The position numbers were made by a program, and so were the translations under genes. A stretch of DNA of 64,000 bases, from contig CAVNZM010000002.1 in assembly GCA_963693365.1 (NCBI GenBank), positions 16,897,615 through 16,961,614 on the forward strand, written 5' to 3'. Under the pieces are notes generated by a model. That model searched no databases. It saw nothing but the letters and a program-made list of their open reading frames with translations, and was not told where the DNA came from. Source of the stretch: Amoebidium appalachense (lineage: Eukaryota; Protista; Ichthyosporea). Below are positions 1 through 12,670 of this stretch, piece after piece. Numbering within the stretch: the stretch's first letter is position 1; each line of letters opens with the position of its first letter.

Positions 1-511
1 TGGCTCTTTTATCTGTGTTGGTTGTTCCCTTCGTGTTGGGACTTGGTTGTGTCAGGCATTCTGTTATCCCCCCCCCCCCCCCCCTCCTCCCAAACACACA
101 CACGCACACACGGACCAATGCACCCCTCCACACGTTGCACCCTCCCTTGTCTTTAGAGGATATCGTCATTCCACTCCAGTTTAAGCACATAAACCACAGT
201 GCTTGCTATTGAGCAGTCATGGAATATATGAGACAAGGGGCATGCATGGAGAGATGAGAGAAGGGGGAGGGGGGGGGGGGGGGGGGGGGGGGGGAGAGAT
301 CTGTGCTCGTGTACGGCGTAGATGGGTGTGTGTATGTGTTTGTGTACTGTGTTTGTGCGTGTGCGTGTGCGTGTGCGGTGTGCGTGTGTGTGTGTTTGTG
401 TGGGTACTTGTGTGTGCATATGCATGTGTGCGTGTACGCGTGTGTGCGTTTGTAAATGCGCACATTGTTCTCTAGGGTGTGTGTTGATGTGCACTGACAA
501 TTCACCCCCAG

Positions 512-781
512 GACACCAAGGCCAGCAAGATGTCCAAGTACAAGAAACCCCCCATGGGGCCCGGCCTTAAGTTCTGCAGCAACGTACACCGTGAGCTCAT
601 GTCCAAAAAGGTAGCAACCCCCCCCCCCCCCCCCCCCCCCCGAGAGAATGATCGTATTGGTACGATTTGTCTAATATCTGACGATTCTGCAGCATCCATA
701 AGACCCCCCTCCCCCTCCCCTCCCCTCCCCCCCCCCCCCCCCCCCCCACCTTCTCTCTCTCTCTCTCTCCCTCTCTCCCTC

Positions 782-875
<94 letters not shown>

Positions 876-880
876 TTCCT

Positions 881-914
<34 letters not shown>

Positions 915-975
915 GCGCCTGTTGTTTTGCTTGTCATTTGTTGTTCTGGTTGATTACCTGTAATCTTCGCTTATT

Positions 976-1010
<35 letters not shown>

Positions 1011-2190
1011 TGTGCGGGGTTGCACATACCGGTGTCTACTTTTCTTCTTACTGTTTTTCTCTCCACACACTTCATCTGTCCACTTCTGCATACCCCCTTT
1101 CATAGCTATAGACACACTTCACACATTGCGTTACGCGCACGCATGCACACACCGCTCTGTTGGCGACAGCTCCCTTGGAACCCATGCGGCATGTTACCCG
1201 CCGGCGTAACATAACTCGGACTATCGGTTTGGCTTTTTTCAAGCCCAAAGCAATGGGTGATACCATATTTCCGGCTGACATCCGGGGGCATAGCTTTCCG
1301 TTCGAAGACGATAAAGTTCCGCCCTAGTAAGCGTGTTACTACCCTGCGGCGTGGGTCAAATCTCATATTTTCCCCTCTGATTACGAATTCTGTGGCCTTC
1401 GGGACTTAATTCTTTTCAGCTGGTGTAGTATGTTAGCCAGGGAAGTATCGACTTAGGTATCGACGGGGGAGCTTCCTAGAAGCCCCGTCTCCTGAGTTCC
1501 TATCTATATTTTTCTTGCTTCTGCTTACTGCTGCAACTTTAACCCCCGGCCTTTCCCACTGCCCTTGCCTGCATAAGCAACCCTGCTCGTCTCTGATCAA
1601 GACGGGTGACCTACTCATGTTCAAGTGAAACAGTATCTGAGTTGGGTTTCGTTAACGAGGGGAATAGGTCGAAACTCGGGTACTGTGGATGACGTGGGCC
1701 CCCCCTGAGGATGGGCTCTGCTTATTATGCATACTCTTTATGTATGGCTTGCATTCTGCATCGTGTTATCCGTTTGTTCTTGTGTACTTCGTACTTTTTG
1801 ACGCATTCAAAACCCCCCCCCCCTCCCCTCCCCCCATCTCAACCCTACTCTCAGTACGATACCTGTGTCCACACCCTGCTGTCAACCGCACTCATGTTTC
1901 TCCCCAACCCTTGGTTAGGAAACTTAGAGTACTGTGGTAACTCATTCATTCTTGCTTGTAAACCCACACGTTTGCACAACGTGCGTCATGCCTGTGCATT
2001 TCTTTTCCCCCTCCCTTCCCAGCCATTAACATGTCATGTGGCATTCTTCCCCTCTCCTCTACCTCTTCCTCCAATGCCATCTGACACATAAACACCACAT
2101 GGGCGTGCGAACACACAAGGCTCACAGACACACACACACATGCGCACGCACATGCGCGCACACGAACACGCACACGCACGCACGCACACG

Positions 2191-2267
<77 letters not shown>

Positions 2268-2439
2268 GGCATCCAATGCAGTACTGCGAGTTTGCGTGGC
2301 CCTTCTACGAACCTGTTGACCCGCTTAAGCAGCAGTGTCCAGGTAATGCCCTAATCTTACACAGTCGTGTGGTTGTCTGCATCTATTTTCTTTCCTTGTA
2401 TCTGTGTGCTTGTGTGTGTGTGTGTGTGTGTGCGCGTGC

Positions 2440-2490
<51 letters not shown>

Positions 2491-2841
2491 CGTGTGCGTG
2501 TGTGTGTTCGTTTCTTTTTTTTTGTTTTTTTTTTTGGGGGGGAGGGGAGGGGGGAGGGGGGGGGGGGGGGGGGGGGGTATCGGGTGGTTTGTTATGGATG
2601 GCCGTGTGTAGTGTGTGTAGTAGTGCAACTGAGTGCCTTTGTAAGCTTTCAAGCAAACCGGTCGGAGAAGGGACTTGGGTATGTGAGCAAAAGTGACTTT
2701 TTGAAAAGACCAAAACATGCATTACATGCATGAAAATGGACATCGGTTCCTTTGCTCTATCCCATGGTACCGGCTTCTTCCGAGAGATTGGTTCGTTGGC
2801 TGTTTGGTTGGGTGGGTGGGTGGTGGTGGTGGTGGTGGTGG

Positions 2842-2873
<32 letters not shown>

Positions 2874-3074
2874 TAGGAGCTTTGAAAGTATTCGTGGTCC
2901 AGCAAAAGGGTTCATAGGTGTCCCTGCATTCCCGTGCCCCCAACTCCTTCCCCCCCCCACATCTACACTCACACACAACCCTCACCCCACCCCACTCCAA
3001 CCGTACGCCCACTTACACATCCATCCACCCATACGCCAACTGCTACCACTACCATAACCACTCGTGCATGCACG

Positions 3075-3157
<83 letters not shown>

Positions 3158-3784
3158 TATCTCAACGTGATCAAGCAACCCATGGACCTCAGCACAGTCA
3201 GAAGGAAACTGGACGATCGTGCCTATCTCACTCCAGCCGAATTTGCCGTGGATATGCGGTTAATATTCCGAAATTGCATCGTCTACAATCCCGAGGACAA
3301 CGTATTTCACACTATGGCCAAACAACTACAGGTAACCCCCCCCCCCCCCCCCCTCTCCGGGTCCTTATCCCACACACACCCCACTGCCACCACCATCACC
3401 ACCATTATCTACCATGATTCTTTGCCCTAAAACTCTTTTTTCGAATCAATGCTTTGTAGAATGGCTTCGTATTACCGATGGGTGGCTTATGCAGCATTGC
3501 CCCCACACCCTCCGGTACCCTCACACTGGCACTTACACACACCACTTGTTCCCCTTCTCCTTTCTCGTCCTCAACCAACCTGTATACAAAACTTTTCTTC
3601 CCTGTCACGTTAACAATTTGGGTTGGCCGAGGGGGGCGCTTTGCGTAATTTGAAAGGTGCACACATGTAACATGTGGGCTTACAGGATGTGTTCGAGGCC
3701 AAATTTGCGCAACTGCCCCCCGAGCTACTGCATGTGCCCCCACCAACATACCAGGTGGAGACATCACCAGCCCCTACGGTAGGT

Positions 3785-3847
<63 letters not shown>

Positions 3848-4294
3848 CTAGTGTGGATGGTGGTGGTGGAGGGGGGGGGGGGGGTAGACACCTGGGTATG
3901 GAGAGTGAAATGTGCAAGGGAGGGTGAGGTAAAGAAGAGGGGATGGTGTATTGGTGGTTGGTGGTGGCAGTGGGTTTTGTCTCATCTGTTTTTTCTCGTT
4001 TTTTATCCTTTTGTGTGTATGTGTGGGGAAAAGGGGGGGGGGGGGGGGGGGGGGGGGAGATAAATCAGAATGCTGGTGTGTGTACGTGTATGTATGTGCG
4101 TGTGTGTGTGTGCGTGTGTGGGGGGGGGGGGGGGGGGGGAAGGGGGAGGGGGAGGGGGAGGGGGCGGAGGGGAGGGGAAGAGGGGGGGAGGGGGGGGGGG
4201 ATGGTTGGAGCCATCTTTGCAGGGCCATGGGCAGGATTGGACCGAGCATGTGGATTCACTCTGAGCTTTGCATGGCTGCATGGGTGTGCTGTAA

Positions 4295-4339
<45 letters not shown>

Positions 4340-4662
4340 TGTGGTGATTGTTCATATGCACACAAGGTGATTCTGACACCTGGCACGAATTAGGGTGCCG
4401 GGTTTGAGGGCAAGTCATCCCCCGTGCCTCCACCCCGCAAACGCAGCAGCAGCCCGGCACAAGATGACGACTTTGACTCGGACTCGGTGGGTTGGGTGAC
4501 CTGCTAGGGTGTCACTGAATAGGGGGGGCTCAATCGGTGTATGGGTGTGGTAGAGATTGGTGGGCTGTTGGGGATGGGGTTTGCTATGTCTTGTGTATTT
4601 GTGTGTGGGTGGGTGGGTGGGTAGGGGAGGAGGGGGTGCGGGGTAGGGTGTGTGTGTGTGTT

Positions 4663-4694
<32 letters not shown>

Positions 4695-5759
4695 GAAGAA
4701 AGGGGCGCTATCACCACCCTTTTTTGGCGGTGGTGGTGGGGTGGGGGGAGGGGGGCGGGGGGGGGGGGGGGGGGAGTAACACATTCACCCACCCATCTAC
4801 ACACACACCCACACGCACGCATGCACGCACACACGGCCTGAAGCGAAAGGGCCATGACATGTTTTATGTTTTTATAAAGCGACGTCTGTTTGCTAACAAT
4901 AAATCTTTGACGTGCAGGAAAAACCACGAAAGAGACGAAAGAGCAAGAGCAAAGGCAAGAGCAAGAAAGAAAAGTCAAAGAAGAAAGAGAAGAAGTCGAA
5001 GGCGGAAAAGAAAGCAAAGAAGAGCAAATACGTCGACCCATCCTCCTCATCTTCAGAGGACGAATCCACCGCTTCATCCTACCGCCCACCCCCTACAAAG
5101 TCGAAAAAAACCCCCAAAACAAACACCGCATCGCCCACAATCCCCGCAAAAAAACCCCCCGTTCACAAGTACTCATACAGCGAAAAACAGGCGCTAAGTC
5201 AGTCCATCAACAAATTGTCCGGGCAGCACATAGCCGGGATTTTGAAAATTATCCGAAAACACCTTCCGAATTTGAAGGACGATAGTGAGATTGAGCTCGA
5301 CATCGACACACTGAGTGACGAGGCTCTAGCAGATTTGGACACTTACGTAAAAGGCATCGCCCCCCAGCCCCCTCCACAGCCCCTCCAGCGAAAACCGAGT
5401 TTTACGGACAAAAAACCTGGTATTATCGAAAATAAACCCGCGAAAAAGATAGGGAGACCGCCTGGAAAACCCGGAAAAGTTCCCGGTAGAATAGGCAGGC
5501 CACCTAAGGCCGCCAAAGAGCAATCCACGGCCCAGCCAAAGCCAAAAGCACCAGCGCCTGTAAAGCCCGACCCTATCAAGTATACCCCTCCCCCCTCCCC
5601 CCCCCCCCCCCCCCCCCCCCCTCCCCCCCCCCCCCCTCCATTTTATCATACGAGCACGTGGGCACGCACACATACAGACACACACACACACACACACACA
5701 CAAATCCACCCTTTCCCCACTTCGGTGATTTTTTGGACAGTGGGTTTGTGTTTGGCTGA

Positions 5760-5801
<42 letters not shown>

Positions 5802-6241
5802 CAAAAAAAAAAAAAAAAAAAAAAAAAACTGGCATACAGCGCACACGCGCGCGTGTCTCCAGCTACCTGTATCAACAATTAAACCGACAAATAACACCAG
5901 GGGGCCATACAAGCTCGCAGTGATATATGGGGTATTCAGTTTTAAAACTCTGTGGTCCGGGTTTTGTTCCCTCTGGGCCTCACATAGATCCTGCTCATCC
6001 AATGCCGTCTGTAATATCATACCCCACCCCAAGTTATCTCTACTGTGGAGCCAGTTGCGGGAAGAGAACACGAAAGCATGCAGTAGGAGACACTAGGCGT
6101 AATTTGGGCCAGTTGCTGATTTATGTTTGTGGCTGCAGGCAGGCGGTCAGCAAGCGCATTTACAGCAGCAGCGAGAGCAGCAGCAGCAGCGGCAGCAGCG
6201 AGAGCAGTGACAGCGAATCGGACAGCTCCTTCTCCGATTAG
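512..6241 (+). CDS. BET-family protein (bromodomain + ET/NET domain + Ser-rich SEED-like tail), 5'-partial, spliced
   Basis: Exons 512-610, 2282-2342, 3156-3331 and 3686-3778 join in phase into a bromodomain (LKFCSNVHRELMSKK-YCEFAWPFYEPVDP..CPDYLNVIKQPMDLSTVRRKL..FAVDMRLIFRNCIVYN..LQDVFEAKFAQLP). A probable exon lies near 4410-4487. Exon 4919-5579 carries the ET domain (YSEKQALSQSINKL..EIELDIDTLSDEALADLDTYV). Last exon 6139-6241 ends SSESSDSESDSSFSD*. All boundaries used are GT-AG. Confidence 0.93.
642..1812 (+). mobile_element. 5'-truncated copy (~1.17 kb of 3' UTR) of the Chlamys-type PLE, family A, in a BET intron
   Basis: Near-identical reverse complement of 21005-22184, differing mainly in microsatellite lengths. 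It starts after a C-run (618-641) and ends GCATTCAAAA followed by a C-run. Confidence 0.95.
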
Positions 6242-6564
6242 GTCCGATTAGATCGATCGGCTAGGTGGCTGTGGCGTTATGCTCTCTTTCACCAAGAATG
6301 CTATATCCATCACTCGCGCACATGCACTCGTGTGTTTGGAGTTGCACGTAATACTCCTGCCCCATTATATTGCTGATCCATCCCCCCCCCCCCCCCCCCC
6401 CCCCCTCCCCTTTTTCCCTTCCCCCTCACGCATATCCCCCTCTTCCTACCGACTTTTCCTACTTAATGCTAGCATGGGTACCCCCTGATAGTGCTGTATT
6501 GAAGTGTCATGCAGTGTGCCGGTTTATTCGTTTGTTGTTGCTTTTGTTGTTTGGCTTTGCCTTT

Positions 6565-6667
6565 GTCTCACCCTTTGCATATTGCCTATACCCCCCCCCC
6601 CCCCCCCCTCCCCCCCCCCCTTCAAAAACACACACACACAGTCTCACCCTTTGCATATTGCCTATAC
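6565..6667. repeat. 27-bp direct duplication GTCTCACCCTTTGCATATTGCCTATAC
   Basis: Copies at 6565-6591 and 6641-6667, each followed by a C-run. Confidence 0.85.
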
Positions 6668-6686
6668 ACCCCCCCCCCCCCCCCCC

Positions 6687-6745
<59 letters not shown>

Positions 6746-6894
6746 ACCCCACACCACCTCGGGTACACACACACAGAGAGAGAGAGAGAGGGAGAGGGAG
6801 AGGGAGAGGGAGAGGGAGAGAGGGAGAGGAAGAAGGATGGAGGGAGAGAGAGGAACGGAGGGTTGGAGAGAGTGTGTGACGTGTGGCAGAATTA

Positions 6895-7139
<245 letters not shown>

Positions 7140-7500
7140 AAAAGGAAAAGAAAAGGAAAGAAGAAGAAAGAGAAAAAGAAAAGGAACAGAAAAGATAGGA
7201 AGAAGGGAAAAGAAATTCTCTTTTCCTGTCCACCTCCCAAGCACTCAGGCCCATGCTAACAATCCCAATCCTCAGATACCAGGAGTCCTTGTGTGCACGG
7301 CCGGATGAATGCCGTCAAGACCATATACTCAGGAAAGAATGCGCGTGACATAGTTTTACGAGGTGTACTTTCATCTTAACTTTTTTCTTTTTTGTTTTCT
7401 ATTTTGTGAACAAGTTACGTATGCTTCGAAATCGTGTTTTTTTTTTCCTTCGTGCCATTGTCACCTCTTTTTTCGTGAAGCACCCTTCCGGTACCTTCAC

Positions 7501-7536
<36 letters not shown>

Positions 7537-8749
7537 TTTTCCTTCCCTCCTTCCCTCCTTCCTCCTAAAACAAAGAAAGAAAGAAATAACACTGGAAAAG
7601 CTCTCTCATTTCTGCGTGGCCCCTCATCCGTGTCCTCTGGTTAGAGTCCTTTTATTCGAAATCCGCTTTAGAAAGACAATACTCAGGATTGTGTAGTGGT
7701 GTTGTTTGGACGAATTGTGTATGTACAGTATACCTTTTTGGGCGCCATGTGTATGAAGCAAGGGCCCATGCGGTTCCCCCATATGCTATGTTTCTAGTGT
7801 ACGTTATATCTGCTAGTCCCATATAGCTTATGAGCACACCAGTAAGCACACCCATATATCCGTATGAGCCGAAGAAAGGATGATTCGAACTTTGTTTTTA
7901 TCGGTTTCTTTTTTTTTTCCCGTTTCTGTTTTTGGCCTCGAGGAAGTTGGACTCAAGACAAGACGTCTGTGTGTGTCAGTCTGAACATGAGGCAGGGTGG
8001 CACTAAAAATAGGGTTTCATCCAATGCAATAAAAAGCACATGAATGGTGGTGACGCATGTGGTTGGTACGCATATGTGACGTGTGCACTGTGTGGCTGTA
8101 TGTGTGGGTGCCACAAATGCGCATGCACTCACACACCGTGACACCACACACACAGTGAAAACACATTGAAAAAGGACCAGTGAGCCACAGGAATGCAAAC
8201 AGATGACGATTCAACCAATCATTGTAATCCAAGTTTACCATTTTAGGAAGGTGCACCGTGATTATCATTGCCATGAGTCCCATGACCTCGGCCCGGAGTC
8301 GAAAAGCAAGCTTGGCTAGTGTCAAGATAAAAAAGTTGAGGCAACTGTGACAGCCGGAACATGAGCCTGGGCTGTGGTAGAGGGCAAGGGGACTACAGTT
8401 TGGCTGAGGCAGAACCTGGGTGGTTTGTGATGGCTAACTGAATAGGAGGGGTGATTAGTGAAAGTAATCTCACGGAGTACACAGAGCGATAATTCAGGAC
8501 GATGTTGAAACGAGATAGCTGGAGGAGACGTTTGGCAAGAGATCGAGAGCGAAGCAGTCTCGGAGAATTGAATGGAGTAGGGCAGAGTATATGGAAGAAA
8601 GGAGTGTAGAGGTGGGAAGGAAACTTCAAAGTTACGAAGACGGGGATTGCAGGGAGAGAAAAGAGATGTGGCGTACCATCACTGAGCCCTACCAAAAAGC
8701 GCAATGAACCATTGTGCATAGAACGTGGACCATAAAGAAATCACGAAAC

Positions 8750-9228
8750 ATGTCAATATACGACTTCTACGCCGGCTGTCTGAGTTCGTGTCAAGAATGG
8801 GCTAGTGAAGGCGCCCGGACTGAGATGCAGGTTGGTCACGGCTGCTTGGATAGATTTATTTCCTGATACTTTGAAACGGGTTGTTTGCGTCCATGTCATT
8901 GTGTGCGAGTGTGGAAGTTAGAGTGAGGGGAAGGGGTGGGGGTTAGAGGGATTGGGAAGTCAGATCTCAATGGGAAGGGATGAGGAGACGAGGAGAGAAA
9001 ATAGGTAAGTTGGGCTGTACTTTTTCTTTTCTCATACGTTTTTCTGTTTGTTGTGCGCTTTGAATAACTAGCTGTGAGCAGAGAGGGTTTAAGGTTGGAG
9101 AGTTTATTGGGGAGGTGGGGGGGCAGGTGAATGTTTCGCTAAAAGGGTCTTGGAACCAATTCAAGAAGGCACTTTCCCATCTTCGATGCAGTCCCAGTCC
9201 CCCCCCCCCCCCCCCGGCGCCCTCCCCC

Positions 9229-9271
<43 letters not shown>

Positions 9272-9578
9272 AAGCAACAATAACAACACGAACACACACA
9301 CACACACACACATACACACACTGACACACACACACACACACACACACCTTTTCAGTTCGTTGGCACAGCCCACATGCTCTTCAATTGCTTACCTGCACAG
9401 CATTTCCAGTCTGTACCATCGGGGGCCTGCCTGGTGTGTCGTTTTTTAAAAATTATGCCATGTGACTCGATTTCTGCTTTGCTGGTTGGCTTGTTTGCTC
9501 CTTCAGTAACCTAATAGCCACCTTCCCCTTCTCATCCCCTTCACCTCCCCCCCTCCCCCCCCCCCCCCCTCCCCCTCC

Positions 9579-9620
<42 letters not shown>

Positions 9621-10080
9621 GTGCCTGCAGGTTTTGCTTGCACAGCTTCCAGAGGTCAACAGGCAGGTGCCTTTGGATGTTGCGAGTCTTTCAATTGCCT
9701 TTGCCTCAAACACAGATCTAACAAATGGCACAAAGATTCTATCTTTCCGCCAGAATTTCAACACCTTTTTGCAGGGAATACAGGTGCCCCCCCCCTCCCC
9801 CCCCCTTCCCCCGCGCCCCCTTCTCCCCCTCCCTCCCCGGCCGTCTGTCTCCCCGTCCTCCCCCCCTCCCTCCCCCCCTCCCTGGGCCAGCCGTCCGTCT
9901 TTTCCCCTTGAAGAACACCCTAAGAGAACTCGAATTGCGCTCATAGACACACACGCACACAGGTACACACCGGGATGGAGACAAGTGCATGTACAAAATT
10001 GTGCACATATACTTCCCTGCCCCCCAACCACCCCCGCACTCACTTCACCCCTAACAAAAACATAATCACAGGCACATCAG

Positions 10081-10145
<65 letters not shown>

Positions 10146-10606
10146 TTAATTACGATACCTATGTATTTCCCCCCTCCCCCCCCCCATTCTAGCTGACTAT
10201 ATTGACTTCGCTCGACCATCTCCGGAAGTATTTCGTCTTATTATCACTTTTCGACACACGGATTATGCACAAACACACATCTACACACTTAAACACACAG
10301 ACACAACACGCTCGGGCGCACACACACACAAGCACGCAAAACGCATACGGATGCACTCGCCCACACTGCACTCATTAATGCAAACACATGAACACAAGGG
10401 CACCGGCACGTATCCACTGCACGCACACTGGCCATGAGCACACACCAGAACACTTTAACGGACACCAGAGATAACACCGGAATGCACATAGCCACTTTTC
10501 CCAGCAGTTTTACTACACAGATCCGCACATTTCTGCACATTCCCCTCTCATTCCTTCTCTCTCGTGCCTCAACTTGACCGGAACTGGGCCTGATGACCCT
10601 CCCCTC

Positions 10607-10639
<33 letters not shown>

Positions 10640-10846
10640 CAAAAGAAAAAAAAAAAAAAAAAAAAAAAAAACCCTTCCCCTATCCTACCACACCCCAACC
10701 CCTGTGCTCTCCACAGGCCACATACACAATGACAAGCACACACAGAAGCACGGGCATACGCACACACACACAAACGCACACACACACTGACAGCCCCCCT
10801 GCCCCCCCCCCTCCCCCCCCCCCCCCCCCTCCCTCCCCCTCCTCCC

Positions 10847-10878
<32 letters not shown>

Positions 10879-11031
10879 AGTCAAGTGCCTTTTCATCAGA
10901 TGCAGAGCCATGGTACAGCAAAGACATGGTCCAAACCTTGGCAGAAATATTTCTCATGCGTGACCTACAACCAATCACACGCGAGATAAAAGCACTAATT
11001 GTGGAGTTAGTTGTCGATTTTGGATTGGATG
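8750..11031 (+). CDS. Unidentified spliced protein-coding gene; 3' end not resolved (possibly continues to ~12235)
   Basis: Complex-sequence islands bounded by AG/GT with open frames: 8750-8830 ([27 protein letters not shown]), 9631-9783 ([23 protein letters not shown]) and 10900-11031 ([25 protein letters not shown]). No family recognised. Confidence 0.4.
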
Positions 11032-11335
11032 GTATGGCATCAGTCGCATTTTTTCTTGCTCTGCGTTTGAAGTATGGTGTGGGTAGGGGGGAAGAGATGT
11101 CAGCAAAGGAAGAAGGGATCTGGTTGGCGGGTGCATCTTGGGAAGGAATACAACGAGCAGTAGAGTACATATATAGTGATAGGGTGGGGGAGTTGAGCCT
11201 GTGTGAGCTGTTGGTTGGTCTGGTATAGTCTTAATGGTCCTCTATCTTTGCCCATGTGTCTGCTTCGGTTGTAGTCTTAGCACAACCCGTGAGCAGGGTG
11301 CATACACGCATAAGCGCACCAACCTACCCCCCCCC

Positions 11336-11366
<31 letters not shown>

Positions 11367-11665
11367 ACCACCACCACCACCACTACCAGCACCACCACCA
11401 CACGTAGTCACACACACACACACACACACACACACCCACACATCACACACCTCACCTGCACGAACCGAGACAGAACGAATGACAATGGTTAATAAGGCGA
11501 TCACCGTAAGCAGAAATGTTAAGATTGTGAATAAGTTTTGGTGCGCAAGAAAAAAGTTTCAGAAAGACTAAAAAATGCTGGTTTATGCATCTTTGCTCTT
11601 GAAGGCTTATATAGTGTAGCAGTTTATTGTGGTTGCCCGCCTTGTGTTGCCTTTTTTTTTTTTTT

Positions 11666-11709
<44 letters not shown>

Positions 11710-12048
11710 GGGGGGGGGGGCTCTCGTCGACGCTTGCGCACATAATGCTTATAGAACAAAAGACAGGATGTGATATATGGTAAGCACTTACATGCACACT
11801 GCACCTTAGGCTAAACAGTTGCCGCTAAACTGCGAAGTACAATATCGATATATTCAATATTTCACCAAAATAAACGACAAAACCATACCCATCACCTGTG
11901 TATACCTGAGGTTGTCTGAGCCCGAATATAGGGGAGCTGCCGACCCTGCTGCAGACCCTCCAGAGTCTATATTAGTCCCTATGTAGGCACCTGACGGCCC
12001 CATCTGATTCATGACATTGTCGCTCAGGGGTCGAGTTGTGAACCAATT

Positions 12049-12081
<33 letters not shown>

Positions 12082-12486
12082 ATCTCTCCCGTACGTGATG
12101 TTATCAAACGGGGTCGATTTGCATGTCCCGATGCATATGGGTCCCGTTGGTGATGGTGACTGTGATGAGCTGACCTATATGAGCCATGTATGCGTAGAGG
12201 CCATGAATTCATTGAAGTGTTTGCAAACAGCCTAGGCTACGACAGAGCCTGACCGTAACTGTTTCTAATATAATCACTGTACATGTGTACAGTGCAGTGT
12301 GCCATCTGAACAACATATATATACATGCCACGAACATTACATGTCATGTTAAAAAACAATAAAGAAAGTCGGAATATGCCATACTGCAGACGAGCTGAGT
12401 ATGTAGCGGCACATCTGCTGTCCACGTGCACGTACGTTAGTGTGTGTGCATCTTCAGGGCATGTCTGCCGGAAACATTCTGGATGT

Positions 12487-12533
<47 letters not shown>

Positions 12534-12581
12534 CGGATCGGTACATGCAAAGAATGTGGGCCTAGGGCTCGGGGTTGGTTT

Positions 12582-12621
<40 letters not shown>

Positions 12622-12629
12622 TGGGGAGA

Positions 12630-12668
<39 letters not shown>

Positions 12669-12670
<2 letters not shown>

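Noticed and set aside
1630-1715. Hammerhead ribozyme in the PLE 3' core (GAGTT..CGAAACTC, CTGAGGA)
   Set aside because: No CUGANGA lies between stems I and II in the required order (A has TTAACGA, B has nothing similar), and CTGAGGA has no stem II partner.
7650-8720. Minus-strand ORFs of 67-108 aa
   Set aside because: No consistent splice phase or recognisable motif, so a gene call cannot be supported.
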